64,000 bases of DNA from Candidatus Eremiobacteria bacterium (GCA_963737065.1 CAVTRC010000001.1:1312001-1376000); one strand, 5' to 3'. Numbered from the stretch's first letter, positions 30,288-40,151 are shown. Notes: generated by a model not told the origin, from the letters alone. Numbers and translations: made by a program.

Positions 30288-30851
30288 TTACACGACTTGC
30301 GTCGCGCCCGAAGAAGCGAGTTTTTCCAACATTGCGCGGTTGAATTGCGGCATGTCGTCGCCGCCGCGCGTCGTTACCCAATTCGAATCTTGCACGGTCG
30401 GCTGGTCGCGATAGAGGCCCCCGGCATTACGAATGTCGTCTGCAATTGAATGAGCGCCGGTTACTTGGCGGCTGCGCACGAGCTGCGACGAGATCAACAC
30501 TTGCGCGCCGTGGCCGACGCAAAAGATGGGCTTCTTAGCGGCATCCACTTCGCGCGCGAAGCGCTGCACTTCCTTATTGGTGCGGATGCGATCCGGCGAA
30601 GTACCGCCGGGAACGAGCAAGCCATCGAAATCTTCGGCCGTGCAGTCTATGACGAGTTCCTCTGCACGTACGGATTGGCCGTCATCGAGTCCACGTTTGC
30701 CGCGGATCTTCTGACGCGACCGCTCGTCGATACCGACGATTGTCACCACGGCGCCCGCATCTTCGAGCGCCCGGCGCGGTTCTACGAGATCCGCCTCTTC
30801 GAATCCATCGCCGATCAGCGCGGCGATTCGCTTGCCATCTACTCCTTGCAT
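30288..30851 (-). CDS. DJ-1/PfpI family protein
   Basis: DGFEEADL, LLVPGG.SPD and TTRG.DD motifs; the nucleophile Cys of CHG appears as GHG. Confidence 0.85.
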   Translation of the reverse strand: MQGVDGKRIAALIGDGFEEADLVEPRRALEDAGAVVTIVGIDERSRQKIRGKRGLDDGQSVRAEELVIDCTAEDFDGLLVPGGTSPDRIRTNKEVQRFAREVDAAKKPIFCVGHGAQVLISSQLVRSRQVTGAHSIADDIRNAGGLYRDQPTVQDSNWVTTRGGDDMPQFNRAMLEKLASSGATQVV

Positions 30852-30886
30852 CGTGCGCCCCTGTTTCGCTCCGGCGTGGTCTCCAC

Positions 30887-31393
30887 CTACAGTGTTCCCC
30901 CGGTCTGCTGAACCGCTGAACGGAGCAGGTAAGCGAGCTCGACTTCGACCTTGCCGAGCGAGTCCAAGACGTCGTCGTGCGCGAGCGCGTCGAGCGTCGG
31001 ATTGCGTCGCGTCATGTCCGCTTCCGGAACGGCGTGGCGCGGATTGATCTCGCGCATGTAAATGCGCGCGTCGTAGCGGATCGGTCCCTCCGGCAAAAAG
31101 TAGAGCGGATCGAGGCCGAATGCATACGCGCTCAGGCCAAGGATGCCCGTGCGCTGCAAAAACTCGATCGGACGCGCGCGCAGCGCCACGGCGAGCGCGG
31201 CGAGCGCGGAGACGCCGATGCGACCTGAACCGCCCAGAATCGCGCGCAGCAGCGGCTCACCTAAACCGGTTGCCTCACCGAGCCGCGCGATCGATACGTT
31301 TCGTTCGCGCGCGAGTTCCGCAAGCGCGGCGCCGAATGCCGATCCTCCGGCTGTTCCCTCGATTCCGTTCCACGCCGGCTGGGACTCGTTCAT
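30887..31393 (-). CDS. Hypothetical protein with an N-terminal XRE-like helix-turn-helix
   Basis: AFGAALAELARERNVSIARLGEATGL... HTH pattern; ATG 31393 overlaps the Rieske stop. Confidence 0.6.
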   Translation of the reverse strand: MNESQPAWNGIEGTAGGSAFGAALAELARERNVSIARLGEATGLGEPLLRAILGGSGRIGVSALAALAVALRARPIEFLQRTGILGLSAYAFGLDPLYFLPEGPIRYDARIYMREINPRHAVPEADMTRRNPTLDALAHDDVLDSLGKVEVELAYLLRSAVQQTGGTL

Positions 31394-31710
31394 GATGGCA
31401 GCGGCTCCGTGCGAACGTAAATACCGTCTCCTTCGATGCGTACCTCGAAGCGCGGGATCCATGCAAACTCGCCAAGCGTCATTTTTCCCGTTCGCAGATC
31501 GAAGCACCACGCGTGCCACGGACACGTCACGGTTCGATCCTCGATCCAGCCGTCCGCGATCGGGCCACCCTGGTGCGGGCACGAATTTTCAAGCGCGTAC
31601 AATTCACCGCCGACATTGAAGAGAGCGACCTCATAGCGCCCGACCGGAAATGCGTGCGCGGTTCCCGGCGGCAGCGCGTCTCGATCGGCAACGCGAACGA
31701 ACTCGGACAT
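31390..31710 (-). CDS. Rieske [2Fe-2S] ferredoxin
   Basis: CPHQGGP and CPWHAWCFD motifs. Confidence 0.92.
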   Translation of the reverse strand: MSEFVRVADRDALPPGTAHAFPVGRYEVALFNVGGELYALENSCPHQGGPIADGWIEDRTVTCPWHAWCFDLRTGKMTLGEFAWIPRFEVRIEGDGIYVRTEPLPS

Positions 31711-31724
31711 CGGGTGCGCGGATT

Positions 31725-32492
31725 TCAGAACAACGACTCGATCATTCCTCCGTCGATTGCAATCGTTTGTCCGGTGATGTAGCGTGCCGGTTCGCTGCAC
31801 AAGAACGCAACCATCGGCGCGAACTCGTCTGGCGTCGCGATGTGTTGCAACGGAATGTCTTGCTTTGCGGCAGCCTCCATCGCGTCTTCACTCTCATAGA
31901 GCGCGCGCAAACGATCGGTTAGGATGCGCCCCGTTGCAATCGAATTGACCGTGATCCCGTACCGGCCGACTTCGATTGAGAGGGACTTCAGCGCCGAGAC
32001 GAGCGCCGTGCGAAGCGAGTTCGAGAGGACGATGTTTGGAATCGGCTGCTTGACCGACGAAGACGTCAGCGCGATGATGCGTCCCCACTGCCGCGCCGTC
32101 ATCGCCGGTACGATCGCGTTCACGAGTTCGATCACGTTCCGAAGGATGCCGCGATACGCCGTGTCCCAATCGTCGAGGGACATTTGCGAGAACGTTCCGG
32201 GCTTCGGGCCGCCGCTATTCGCGACCAGAATATCGATCTCGCCGTAGGCATCGCGCACGCGATCGAGCATCGCATGAATCGATTTCGCATCGGTCAGATC
32301 GACCGTAAATCCGCGCGCATCCGTTGCGCCCTGTGTGTTGGCTTGCGAGGCAACGGCATCGAGCTCGTTCTCGCGCCGCGCGGCGACGGCGAGCGTCACG
32401 CCTTCTCGGGCAAGCGCAAGCGCGACCGCTTTGCCGATCCCGGAACTGCCACCCGTCACCAGCGCGACTTTGCCGCGAATTCCTAGATCCAC
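31725..32492 (-). CDS. SDR family oxidoreductase
   Basis: TGGSSGIG, NSGGP, SxxxR atypical active site, ITGQTIAIDGG. Confidence 0.92.
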   Translation of the reverse strand: MDLGIRGKVALVTGGSSGIGKAVALALAREGVTLAVAARRENELDAVASQANTQGATDARGFTVDLTDAKSIHAMLDRVRDAYGEIDILVANSGGPKPGTFSQMSLDDWDTAYRGILRNVIELVNAIVPAMTARQWGRIIALTSSSVKQPIPNIVLSNSLRTALVSALKSLSIEVGRYGITVNSIATGRILTDRLRALYESEDAMEAAAKQDIPLQHIATPDEFAPMVAFLCSEPARYITGQTIAIDGGMIESLF

Positions 32493-32498
32493 TTCGTC

Positions 32499-33413
32499 TC
32501 AACTCCAGCTCAGTACGGTATTTGCACCGCAAATAACGACGCCGACGCGTTCGCCGTTCGCAGCATGATACTTGCCGGAAAGCAACGCGGCGTACGCCGC
32601 CGCGCCGCCGGGTTCAGCCACGACGCGCGCTTGTTCCCACAGTGAGTGACGGGAAGCAACGATCTCTTCATCGCGCACCAGAACAACGCGATCGACGTAG
32701 CGCGCAGCGATCTGATAATTTAATTCGCCGACCCGACGAGGAGCGAGCGAATCGCTCGCGATACCGCCGGCCGGCGCATCGACGGGCCGCCCGGCCGCGA
32801 TTGCATCGTGTAGCGTCGGCGCACCTTCCGGTTCGACGGCGACGATCCGAATTCGACCGCCGTACCATGATGCGATGCCCCCGATCAGTCCACCGCCGCC
32901 CACCGAAACCAGCAGCGTATCGAGTGAACGTTGTTCGCTCATTTCAAGTCCGACCGTACCTTGACCGCACAGCGTTTCTATCGAGTCGAACGCTTGCACC
33001 GCGAGCGCACCGCTCGCTGCCTGATAAGCAACACTCGCTTCGTATGCATCTTGATAGCGGTCGCCGCCGATCACCAGCTTTGCGCCGTACGATTCGATCC
33101 GTGCAATTTTCGCCGGCGACGTGACCGTCGGAACGAAGATCGTGCACGGGATGTGCAAACGCATCGAAGCGTACGCTACGGCGGCGCCGTGATTGCCGCC
33201 CGATGCCGCGACGACGCCCGCTTGCGGCACGTCGCGCGTGAGCAGGTTGGCGAACGCGCCCCGCACTTTGAACGACCCGGAGTGCTGAAGGTATTCCAGC
33301 TTCAACGTCACGCCGTCGACATCGAGGACCGGCGTGCGACGGATATACGGGCGTATCAGCGTAGACGTACGCGCGATGCGGTCCGGAGTGACGCCCGCGG
33401 CTGCGGTGTGCAT
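32499..33413 (-). CDS. Threonine/serine dehydratase family PLP enzyme
   Basis: KLEYLQHSGSFKVRGA, ASGGNHG, VGGGGLIGG and CGAN motifs; start at ATG 33413. Confidence 0.9.
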   Translation of the reverse strand: MHTAAAGVTPDRIARTSTLIRPYIRRTPVLDVDGVTLKLEYLQHSGSFKVRGAFANLLTRDVPQAGVVAASGGNHGAAVAYASMRLHIPCTIFVPTVTSPAKIARIESYGAKLVIGGDRYQDAYEASVAYQAASGALAVQAFDSIETLCGQGTVGLEMSEQRSLDTLLVSVGGGGLIGGIASWYGGRIRIVAVEPEGAPTLHDAIAAGRPVDAPAGGIASDSLAPRRVGELNYQIAARYVDRVVLVRDEEIVASRHSLWEQARVVAEPGGAAAYAALLSGKYHAANGERVGVVICGANTVLSWS

Positions 33414-33414
33414 A

Positions 33415-33449
33415 TTGACATTTAATTTGATACTTAGCAAAATTGCAAT
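33415..33449 (+). promoter_or_regulatory. Sigma70-type promoter for the leaderless ArsR gene in an AT-rich divergent spacer
   Basis: TTGACA (33415-20), 17-nt spacer, CAAAAT (33438-43), 6 nt, then ATG 33450. Confidence 0.6.
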
Positions 33450-33749
33450 ATGCCTATGCCCGAAGCGCTGCGGGCGCTCTCGAACGCTAAGCGCTTGGCG
33501 ATTCTCAAGTGGTTGAAAAATCCGCGAGCGCATTTTCCGCCGCAGGTCGACGGGGATCTCGTCAAGGACGGCGTTTGCGGCGTGTTTATCGCAGAGAAGC
33601 TCGGCATCAGTCAGCCGACCGCAAGCGAGCACTTACGGGTGCTTGCGCAGGCCGGCCTGATTCGCGGCAAACGGATTAAGCAGTGGACGTTCTACAAACG
33701 CGACGAGGCGAAGATCGCCGAAGTCAAGCGCGCACTCAAGGAGATTTAG
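33450..33749 (+). CDS. ArsR/SmtB family transcriptional regulator
   Basis: ALSNAKRLAIL, ISQPTASEHLRVL and QWTFY motifs. Confidence 0.9.
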   Translation: MPMPEALRALSNAKRLAILKWLKNPRAHFPPQVDGDLVKDGVCGVFIAEKLGISQPTASEHLRVLAQAGLIRGKRIKQWTFYKRDEAKIAEVKRALKEI

Positions 33750-33753
33750 TATT

Positions 33754-34167
33754 GTGAAGACGGCCGGCAGCTTCGTACCGGTGGTGCGAAGTGGAAATTT
33801 GATGTTCGTGAGCGGACACGTGTCGGGAACGGGCGACGATCCGGTTTGCGGCAAGGCGGGCGCCGATCAAACGATCGAACGCGCATACGAGGGCGCGCGG
33901 CGCGTCGGCGACGCGCTGCTCGCGACGATCCAGCGTGAAGTCGGATCGCTCGATCGTGTGGCGCGCATCGTTAAAGTTCTCGGTTTCGTCAACGCGGCGC
34001 CCGATTTCACGGCGATGCCCGCGGTGATCAACGGCGTCTCCGACCGCTTAGTCGAGGTCCTCGGCGCGCGCGGCGAGCACGCGCGAAGCGCAGTCGGTGT
34101 CGCTTCGCTTCCGTTTGCGTCGACCGTTGAAGCTGAACTCATCGCAGAGATTCATGAGGTGCAATGA
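33754..34167 (+). CDS. RidA/YjgF/UK114 family protein
   Basis: VSGH, VINGVSD, conserved Arg in HARSAVGV, VEAE. Confidence 0.88.
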   Translation: MKTAGSFVPVVRSGNLMFVSGHVSGTGDDPVCGKAGADQTIERAYEGARRVGDALLATIQREVGSLDRVARIVKVLGFVNAAPDFTAMPAVINGVSDRLVEVLGARGEHARSAVGVASLPFASTVEAELIAEIHEVQ

Positions 34168-35060
34168 TGTCCTATACGTATCACATCGTCGATGTCTTCA
34201 CGCGCGTTCCGTTCGAAGGTAACGCGCTTGCCGTCTTTCCGGACGCTACAGGTCTCGATACGGTGACGATGCAAAAGATCGCGCGGGAACTGAATCTCTC
34301 GGAGACCTCGTTCATCTTTCCGAAGCACTCCCGCGAAGGCTCGACGCGCGTACGCATCTTCACGCCGGCGTACGAGATGGAGTTCGCAGGCCATCCAACC
34401 ATCGGCACCGCCTACGTCATGCGCTCCACGGGAATCGTCCCGCGCACCGCGCGGAGTTTTGCGTTAGAGGAAAACGTCGGCGTGGTTCCGGTGCGTGTCG
34501 AAGACGGCGAAGAGCCGTTGCTTTGGCTCACGACACCGCCAATCCACGATCTCGGCAGCTTCGATCGCGCACAATGCGCGGCTGCGATTGGGCTCGACGA
34601 AGCCGATGTGCTGCCCGGCGTTCCGTGCGAGTTCCTCTCTGCGGGCAACCCATCGATCTATGTGGCGCTGCGAGACAAAGCAACGGTGGACCGTGCCGCG
34701 ATCGACACGACGCAATTCTATAACCTGATTCGTGGACGCAGCGAACTCGCGTGCGCGTTCGTGTTTACGCCGACGGCTGAAGGAGCATACTCGCGCATGT
34801 TCGCGCCGGAATACGGGATCGTCGAGGATCCCGCAACCGGAAGCTCAACCGGACCCCTTGCCGCATTCATGATGCGCCATAAGCTGGTTTCACATTCCGA
34901 CGGCACGCGATTCGTCAGCGAACAGGGAACGAAGATGAAGCGCCGCAGCCTTTTGCACGTCTTCATTCACGGCGAAAACGGCGCAAACGGTATCGAAGTC
35001 GGCGGCCACGTCACGCCGGTCGCGACCGCGACGCTCGCGCTGGAGGGCGTTCCCGCGTGA
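34164..35060 (+). CDS. PhzF family isomerase
   Basis: VDVF...GNALAV, LSETSF, FAGHPTIG and EDPATGS motifs. Confidence 0.93.
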   Translation: MMSYTYHIVDVFTRVPFEGNALAVFPDATGLDTVTMQKIARELNLSETSFIFPKHSREGSTRVRIFTPAYEMEFAGHPTIGTAYVMRSTGIVPRTARSFALEENVGVVPVRVEDGEEPLLWLTTPPIHDLGSFDRAQCAAAIGLDEADVLPGVPCEFLSAGNPSIYVALRDKATVDRAAIDTTQFYNLIRGRSELACAFVFTPTAEGAYSRMFAPEYGIVEDPATGSSTGPLAAFMMRHKLVSHSDGTRFVSEQGTKMKRRSLLHVFIHGENGANGIEVGGHVTPVATATLALEGVPA

Positions 35061-35078
35061 TACGGTACTCTTGCCGCC

Positions 35079-35477
35079 ATGGCTCGAACTGATCCGCGCG
35101 TCACCACCGAGCGCCGCACGGAGATCGTCTTTCCTCAGGACAGCAATGCGTACGGGAATTTGTTCGGCGGGAAGGCCGTCTCGATGATGGATGTGGTCGG
35201 CGGTATCGCAGCCACGCGTGCGTGCCGCAAACCGGTCGTCACGGTTTCGATCGATCGCATCGACTTCAAGCAGCCCATTCGCACCGGCGAGTTCGTCGAC
35301 ACGGTCGCGCACGTCGTGAAGCTCGGCCGGACGTCGATCGGCGTCGAAGTCGAGCTTTGGGGCGAGCATCCCACGACCGGCGAACGGCGTTTGGCGACGG
35401 TCGGAAAGTTTATCTATGTCGCGGTGACGCCGGACGGAAAACCAACGCCCGTCCAGGGTGACGACGCAAATCCGTAA
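35079..35477 (+). CDS. Acyl-CoA thioesterase (hotdog fold)
   Basis: NAYGNLFGG..MMD and GRTSI motifs. Confidence 0.9.
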   Translation: MARTDPRVTTERRTEIVFPQDSNAYGNLFGGKAVSMMDVVGGIAATRACRKPVVTVSIDRIDFKQPIRTGEFVDTVAHVVKLGRTSIGVEVELWGEHPTTGERRLATVGKFIYVAVTPDGKPTPVQGDDANP

Positions 35478-35484
35478 AAGGCGC

Positions 35485-35514
35485 TTGTCGACGGGGCACG
35501 GTCTTTGATACACT
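35485..35514 (+). promoter_or_regulatory. rpsO promoter candidate
   Basis: TTGTCG, 18-nt spacer, extended TGn-TACACT. Confidence 0.45.
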
Positions 35515-35587
35515 CACCCGGTCGCCGAAGCGGAGCACGCGGAGCGGGCCCTGCATTCGAGCGAGACCATCCTGCTAAGGAGCAATC

Positions 35588-35857
35588 GTGCCTCTCACCA
35601 AGGAACAAAAGGCGGAAATCGCGTCGAAGTACGGCCGCGGATCGAACGACACCGGCTCTGCTGAAGTCCAGATCGCGATTCTCACCGCGTCGATCAACCA
35701 GCTCACCGAGCACCTCAAGATCCACAAGAAGGACCACCATAGCCGACGCGGCCTGCTGCTGCAAGTCGGTCAACGTCGCCGCTTGCTGAACTACCTGCAA
35801 GCGAAGGATCTCGAGCGCTATCGAGCGTTGATTTCGGATCTCGGTCTACGCCGCTAA
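35588..35857 (+). CDS. rpsO: 30S ribosomal protein S15
   Basis: [21 protein letters not shown] and LGLRR motifs; SD AAGGAG. Confidence 0.98.
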   Translation: MPLTKEQKAEIASKYGRGSNDTGSAEVQIAILTASINQLTEHLKIHKKDHHSRRGLLLQVGQRRRLLNYLQAKDLERYRALISDLGLRR

Positions 35858-35877
35858 AATAGCGATACAGCAGTAAA

Positions 35878-35917
35878 AACAAGGCGCCGGCGATCTTCAC
35901 CGGCGTCTTTGTTGTTT
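35878..35917 (+). terminator. Intrinsic terminator after rpsO, probably bidirectional
   Basis: AAGGCGCCGG...CCGGCGTCTT hairpin, with a T-rich tail downstream and an A-run upstream. Confidence 0.7.
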
Positions 35918-36006
35918 ATTCCGATTCTGTTGCGACCGCTTGTGCTATGGCGTGTGGAAGTGAAGATGTAATCGCGTTCATTCCTTACGGTGAGCGTGCT
36001 CGCCGG

Positions 36007-37023
36007 TTACGCGCGCTTGCGCTTGTATGCGCGACGTGCCGCTTCTTTGATCGCGGCCGTTCCCATGCCGTAGTATTCAATCAATTCAAGCGGATCGCCT
36101 GATTGCCCGAATTGATCCTGCACGCCGATGAATTCAATCGGCGCGGGATGATGCTGAGCCAGGATTTCCGCAACGCGCGAACCCATGCCGGCGTGAACTT
36201 GGTGCTCTTCGACCGTGACGACCGCTGCACAACTTTGCCCTGCATCGACGATGGCCGGTTCATCCATTGGTTTTACGGTGTGGTTGTTCAGAACCCGACA
36301 CTCGATTCCATCTTCACGCGAGAGTTCGTCGGCTGCAACGAGCGCGTTGTAGACGAGGATACCGCAAGCGATGATCGCAACGTCGTTGCCTTCGCGGAAC
36401 GTTTGCGCTTTACCGATCTCGAACGGCGTCTGATCGGTAGTGATCACCGGCGATTTGTCGCGCGCGAAGCGCAAGTACGTTGGACCGAACGTTTCGGAGA
36501 GCGCGATCGTCGCTTTCTTCGTCTGCACCGAGTCGCACGGCACGACGACGAACATGTGCGGAATCACGCGCATGATGGCGATGTCTTCGATCGCCTGGTG
36601 CGTCGCGCCGTCGGGTCCCACCGAAACGCCCGCATGCGCGCCCGCAATCTTGACGTTTGTTTCGTTGAGCGCCATGATGGTGCGCACTTGCTCCCACGAG
36701 CGCCCAGGGTTGAACATCGCGTACGACGCGATCCACGGGATCTTTCCCGTCGCCGCGAGACCGCCCGCCATAGCAACGAGCATCTGCTCCATGACGCCGA
36801 TCTCGAGATATTGCGTCGGATGCGCCTTCTTGAACCCTTCCATGCGGGTGGATTCCGCAAGGTCGGCGCAAATGGCCAGGACGTCTTTATTGCGATTTCC
36901 CGCCTCGATCAAACCTTCGCCGAATCCGTTACGCGTCGGAACTTGCTTCAGTTCATCACGATTGCGGTAGTCGACTAGATGCATCGCAAGGGCGGCCGCG
37001 TCGATCACGTCGGTGCTAGACAT
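36007..37023 (-). CDS. Transketolase C-terminal subunit
   Basis: ADLAEST, GVMEQ, GPDGATHQ and VEEH motifs. Confidence 0.93.
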   Translation of the reverse strand: MSSTDVIDAAALAMHLVDYRNRDELKQVPTRNGFGEGLIEAGNRNKDVLAICADLAESTRMEGFKKAHPTQYLEIGVMEQMLVAMAGGLAATGKIPWIASYAMFNPGRSWEQVRTIMALNETNVKIAGAHAGVSVGPDGATHQAIEDIAIMRVIPHMFVVVPCDSVQTKKATIALSETFGPTYLRFARDKSPVITTDQTPFEIGKAQTFREGNDVAIIACGILVYNALVAADELSREDGIECRVLNNHTVKPMDEPAIVDAGQSCAAVVTVEEHQVHAGMGSRVAEILAQHHPAPIEFIGVQDQFGQSGDPLELIEYYGMGTAAIKEAARRAYKRKRA

Positions 37024-37873
37024 TCGCGAGGATCCTTTCGCGTTGCGACTGCAGTTCGGTCAGCGCTTCATCGGCTTGCGCTTTATTCGGCGGCTTACCG
37101 TGCCAGGTATAATCGCCTTCCATGTAACTGACGCCCTTGCCGGGAATCGTGTGCGCGATGATGACTTGCGGTTTGCCTTTCACTTGCTTTGCGCGCTCGG
37201 CGGTTTCGATGAACTCGGCCATATCGTTACCGTCGCACTGAAAGACTTCCCAGTTGAATGCGCGATATTTGTCGGCAAGCGGCTCGAGCGGCATGATCTC
37301 TTCCGTACTGCCGTCGATTTGAATGAAGTTCCGGTCGACGATATTCGTAAGATTGTCGAGCGCGAACTTTCCTGCCGTCATCACCGCTTCCCAATGCAAG
37401 CCGCATTCATGTTCCGCGTCGGACGTGATAACATACACACGCCAGTCTTTGTTGTCGAGTTTCGCGCTGATCGCCATACCAGTGCCTTGCGCAAGCCCCT
37501 CCCCAAGCGGACCCGACGTCGTTTCTAGCGACGGCATCTTCACGCGTTCGGGATGGCCTTGCAGGCGCGAGCCGAATTTGCGCAGCGTCAACAACTCTTC
37601 GACCGGAAAATAGCCGAAGTTCGCCATCGCGGAGTAACGAACGGGCGCGATATGACCGCACGAGAGCAGCAATCGATCGCGATCTTCCCATTGCGGACGT
37701 TGCGGATCGTTTCGGACGATCGCGCCGTAGAGCGCGGTAAAAACATCGGCCATGTCGAGCGAACCGGCCGAGTGTCCGGAGCCCGCCGCTAAAAGCGAGC
37801 GAATGATCCCCTGCCGAACGTCATTCGCCTTCAGTTTGAGCTCCTTGAGGCGCTCTGCGGTAACGGATTGCAT
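37016..37873 (-). CDS. Transketolase N-terminal (TPP-binding) subunit
   Basis: SGH, DRDR..LSCGH, LQGHP, SDAE...N TPP motif, WHGK. Confidence 0.93.
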   Translation of the reverse strand: MQSVTAERLKELKLKANDVRQGIIRSLLAAGSGHSAGSLDMADVFTALYGAIVRNDPQRPQWEDRDRLLLSCGHIAPVRYSAMANFGYFPVEELLTLRKFGSRLQGHPERVKMPSLETTSGPLGEGLAQGTGMAISAKLDNKDWRVYVITSDAEHECGLHWEAVMTAGKFALDNLTNIVDRNFIQIDGSTEEIMPLEPLADKYRAFNWEVFQCDGNDMAEFIETAERAKQVKGKPQVIIAHTIPGKGVSYMEGDYTWHGKPPNKAQADEALTELQSQRERILANV

Positions 37874-37883
37874 ACGGCACTTG

Positions 37884-38339
37884 TTATACCAGAGGTGGCC
37901 GGATCGGACCTAGCGGCTCGGTCGGCTGCGTCCTTGCCTGTCGTTTCGTCACCGCTTTATGGCACGAAAGGCACAACGTCTCGAGATTGCTTAAGTGATG
38001 CAGGCAGCTCAACCGCACGTGCGCGCCACGTGCTTGTTCGATGTGATTGACTTCCACGCGATGGGTTCTGCGTAACGCGCTATAGTTTGGCGTTCCACGC
38101 TTGGGCGCGCGTTCGCCGCAGCGTCTGCAACGATACCGATCGCGCCGTTTCGCCGCGCGGCGCGCGAGCGTCCACCAGTGATTCGTCCAAAACGCGTTCG
38201 CGCATTTGTCGCTGCACCAGGTTCGCCGGCGTTTCGGTAACGCGCATCCACACCAAGTGCAGCCTTCGCGCATCCGGTGCACGAGCGAACATGTCTCCAT
38301 CAACGTACGAGAGCGATACACGGGCTGCTTTCCATCCAT
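37884..38339 (-). CDS. HNH endonuclease with a zinc ribbon
   Basis: CTWCG...WCSDKC, RDRYRCRRCG, EVNHI and NLETLCLSCH motifs; exact start uncertain. Confidence 0.75.
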   Translation of the reverse strand: MDGKQPVYRSRTLMETCSLVHRMREGCTWCGCALPKRRRTWCSDKCANAFWTNHWWTLARRAAKRRDRYRCRRCGERAPKRGTPNYSALRRTHRVEVNHIEQARGAHVRLSCLHHLSNLETLCLSCHKAVTKRQARTQPTEPLGPIRPPLV

Positions 38340-38510
38340 CGTTCGAGATCGATCGCGGTCAGCGGCTACGCGACCGCAAAACTCCTTACGTGTATTTTGA
38401 CGCGCGCGCTGAGGATCGCTGCACGGTCCTCCGCAGTTCCGGCGCGCTTTATGCTTGCTGCGCGTTCGTTACGGGCCGCGTCACTCCGTGTGCAACGATG
38501 GCCGCTTGGC

Positions 38511-40151
38511 TCAATAGCCTAGCGCGGCCCCCGCGGGATAGCGGCGATCCGTGCCGCCGTAACGCACGCCGGTTTTCGGATCGATGACGATCGCCTGCGC
38601 GGAACCCCAGAACGGAACTTCCGAAAACACATAGCCGTCGGTGCGTAACGCGTTCATTACCTGCGCCGTGAATGCATGCGGTTCGTATTCAATCCGGTCG
38701 GGCAGCCATTGCATGTGAAAGCGCGGCGCGTCCACCGCCTGTTGCACGTTCATCCCAAAATCGAACACGTTGAGGATCGTTTCGAGCGCGATCGTAATGA
38801 TGCGCGATCCGCCCGGACTCCCGGTCACCATCGCCAGTTTGCCGTCGCGCACCACCATCGTCGGCGTCATCGAGGAGAGCGGCCGTTTTTCGGGTCGAAT
38901 ATCGTTGCGCTCGCCCTGCACGAGGCCGTACATGTTCGGGACGCCCGGTTTTGACGTAAAATCGTCCATCTCGTCGTTGAGAAAGAATCCCGTATGCGGC
39001 GCGACGACACCGGCACCAAACCAGTCGTTGATCGTGTACGTGACGGCGACCGCGTTACCGTCCTTGTCGACGATCGAGTAATGCGTCGTGTCGTCGTTCT
39101 CGTTCACAACCGCACCGAGGCCCGGCTTCACTTCGTTTGACGGTGTCGCTGCTTGCGGAGCAATCGAATGACGCAACGACGCCGCGTATGCGGGATCGAG
39201 CATTTCCGCAATGGGATCGCGAACGAACGCCGGATCGCCGAGATACGTGTTGCGATCGGCATACGCGCGGCGTTCCGCTTCTACGACGTAATGCGTCTCT
39301 CGCGTACTGTGCCATCCCCAACGCGCAAGCGGGTACGGCGCGATGACGTTGAGGATTTCGCAGAGCGTTACGCCGCCCGAACTCGGCGGCGGCGCGGATA
39401 CAATGTCGAGATCGTGATATGCGCAGTGCACAGGTTGCGATTCACCGACGGTATAGCCGGCAAAATCCCGCATCGTCATAATGCCGCCATTTTGCTTCGA
39501 CGCGTCCACGATGCTACGCGCAATTCCACCACGGTAAAAGGCGTCATCGCCGCCGCGCGCGATGGATTCTAGTGAAGCGGCAAGATCGGGCTGAACGATG
39601 CGTTCGCCAACGTCCGGCTTTTTTCCGAATGCCCACCCGCTGTAACGTTCAGCGGGTGAACCCTGGAACGGAATCATATCGCCCGCTTCAATGACGTAGC
39701 CGTGACGGGCGAGATCGATCGCCCGGGACATAACGCGTGCGCGCGCCATCGTCCCATACTCACGTAATGCGCGATCGAGTCCCATCACCGTTCCCGGGAC
39801 GCCGATAGCGAGCCAGCCCTTGCGCGATTTGTTCGGATCAACGTTCCCGCGACGATCCAGATACATGTCGCGCGAAGCGTGCTCAGGCGCCTTCTCGCGG
39901 AAATCTATGAATCGCTCGCGTCCGTTGTGCATCCGGATGAGCATGAATCCGCCGCCGCCGATGTTTCCACAACACGGATCCACGACGGCAAGCGCATATC
40001 CCACGGCCACCGCGGCGTCGACGGCGTTACCTCCCGCTTTGAGGACGTCGATGCCGGCTTGTGTTGCAAGGCGCTGTTCTGTGGCCACCATCGCATGTGT
40101 GCCGGCTACCGGGGTAAGAGCGTTGGCGAAAACCAGTGCAGCAAATAGCAT
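38511..40151 (-). CDS. ggt: Gamma-glutamyltransferase
   Basis: GGNAVDAA, DFRE, TTHYS autocleavage site, NDEMDDF, RPLSSM and GSPGG motifs. Confidence 0.95.
   Translation of the reverse strand: MLFAALVFANALTPVAGTHAMVATEQRLATQAGIDVLKAGGNAVDAAVAVGYALAVVDPCCGNIGGGGFMLIRMHNGRERFIDFREKAPEHASRDMYLDRRGNVDPNKSRKGWLAIGVPGTVMGLDRALREYGTMARARVMSRAIDLARHGYVIEAGDMIPFQGSPAERYSGWAFGKKPDVGERIVQPDLAASLESIARGGDDAFYRGGIARSIVDASKQNGGIMTMRDFAGYTVGESQPVHCAYHDLDIVSAPPPSSGGVTLCEILNVIAPYPLARWGWHSTRETHYVVEAERRAYADRNTYLGDPAFVRDPIAEMLDPAYAASLRHSIAPQAATPSNEVKPGLGAVVNENDDTTHYSIVDKDGNAVAVTYTINDWFGAGVVAPHTGFFLNDEMDDFTSKPGVPNMYGLVQGERNDIRPEKRPLSSMTPTMVVRDGKLAMVTGSPGGSRIITIALETILNVFDFGMNVQQAVDAPRFHMQWLPDRIEYEPHAFTAQVMNALRTDGYVFSEVPFWGSAQAIVIDPKTGVRYGGTDRRYPAGAALGY

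Noticed and set aside
38386..38426. Tiny minus-strand ORF MQRSSARASKYT with a GGAGG SD, between ggt and the HNH gene
   Set aside because: Too short and without any supporting homology or second copy.
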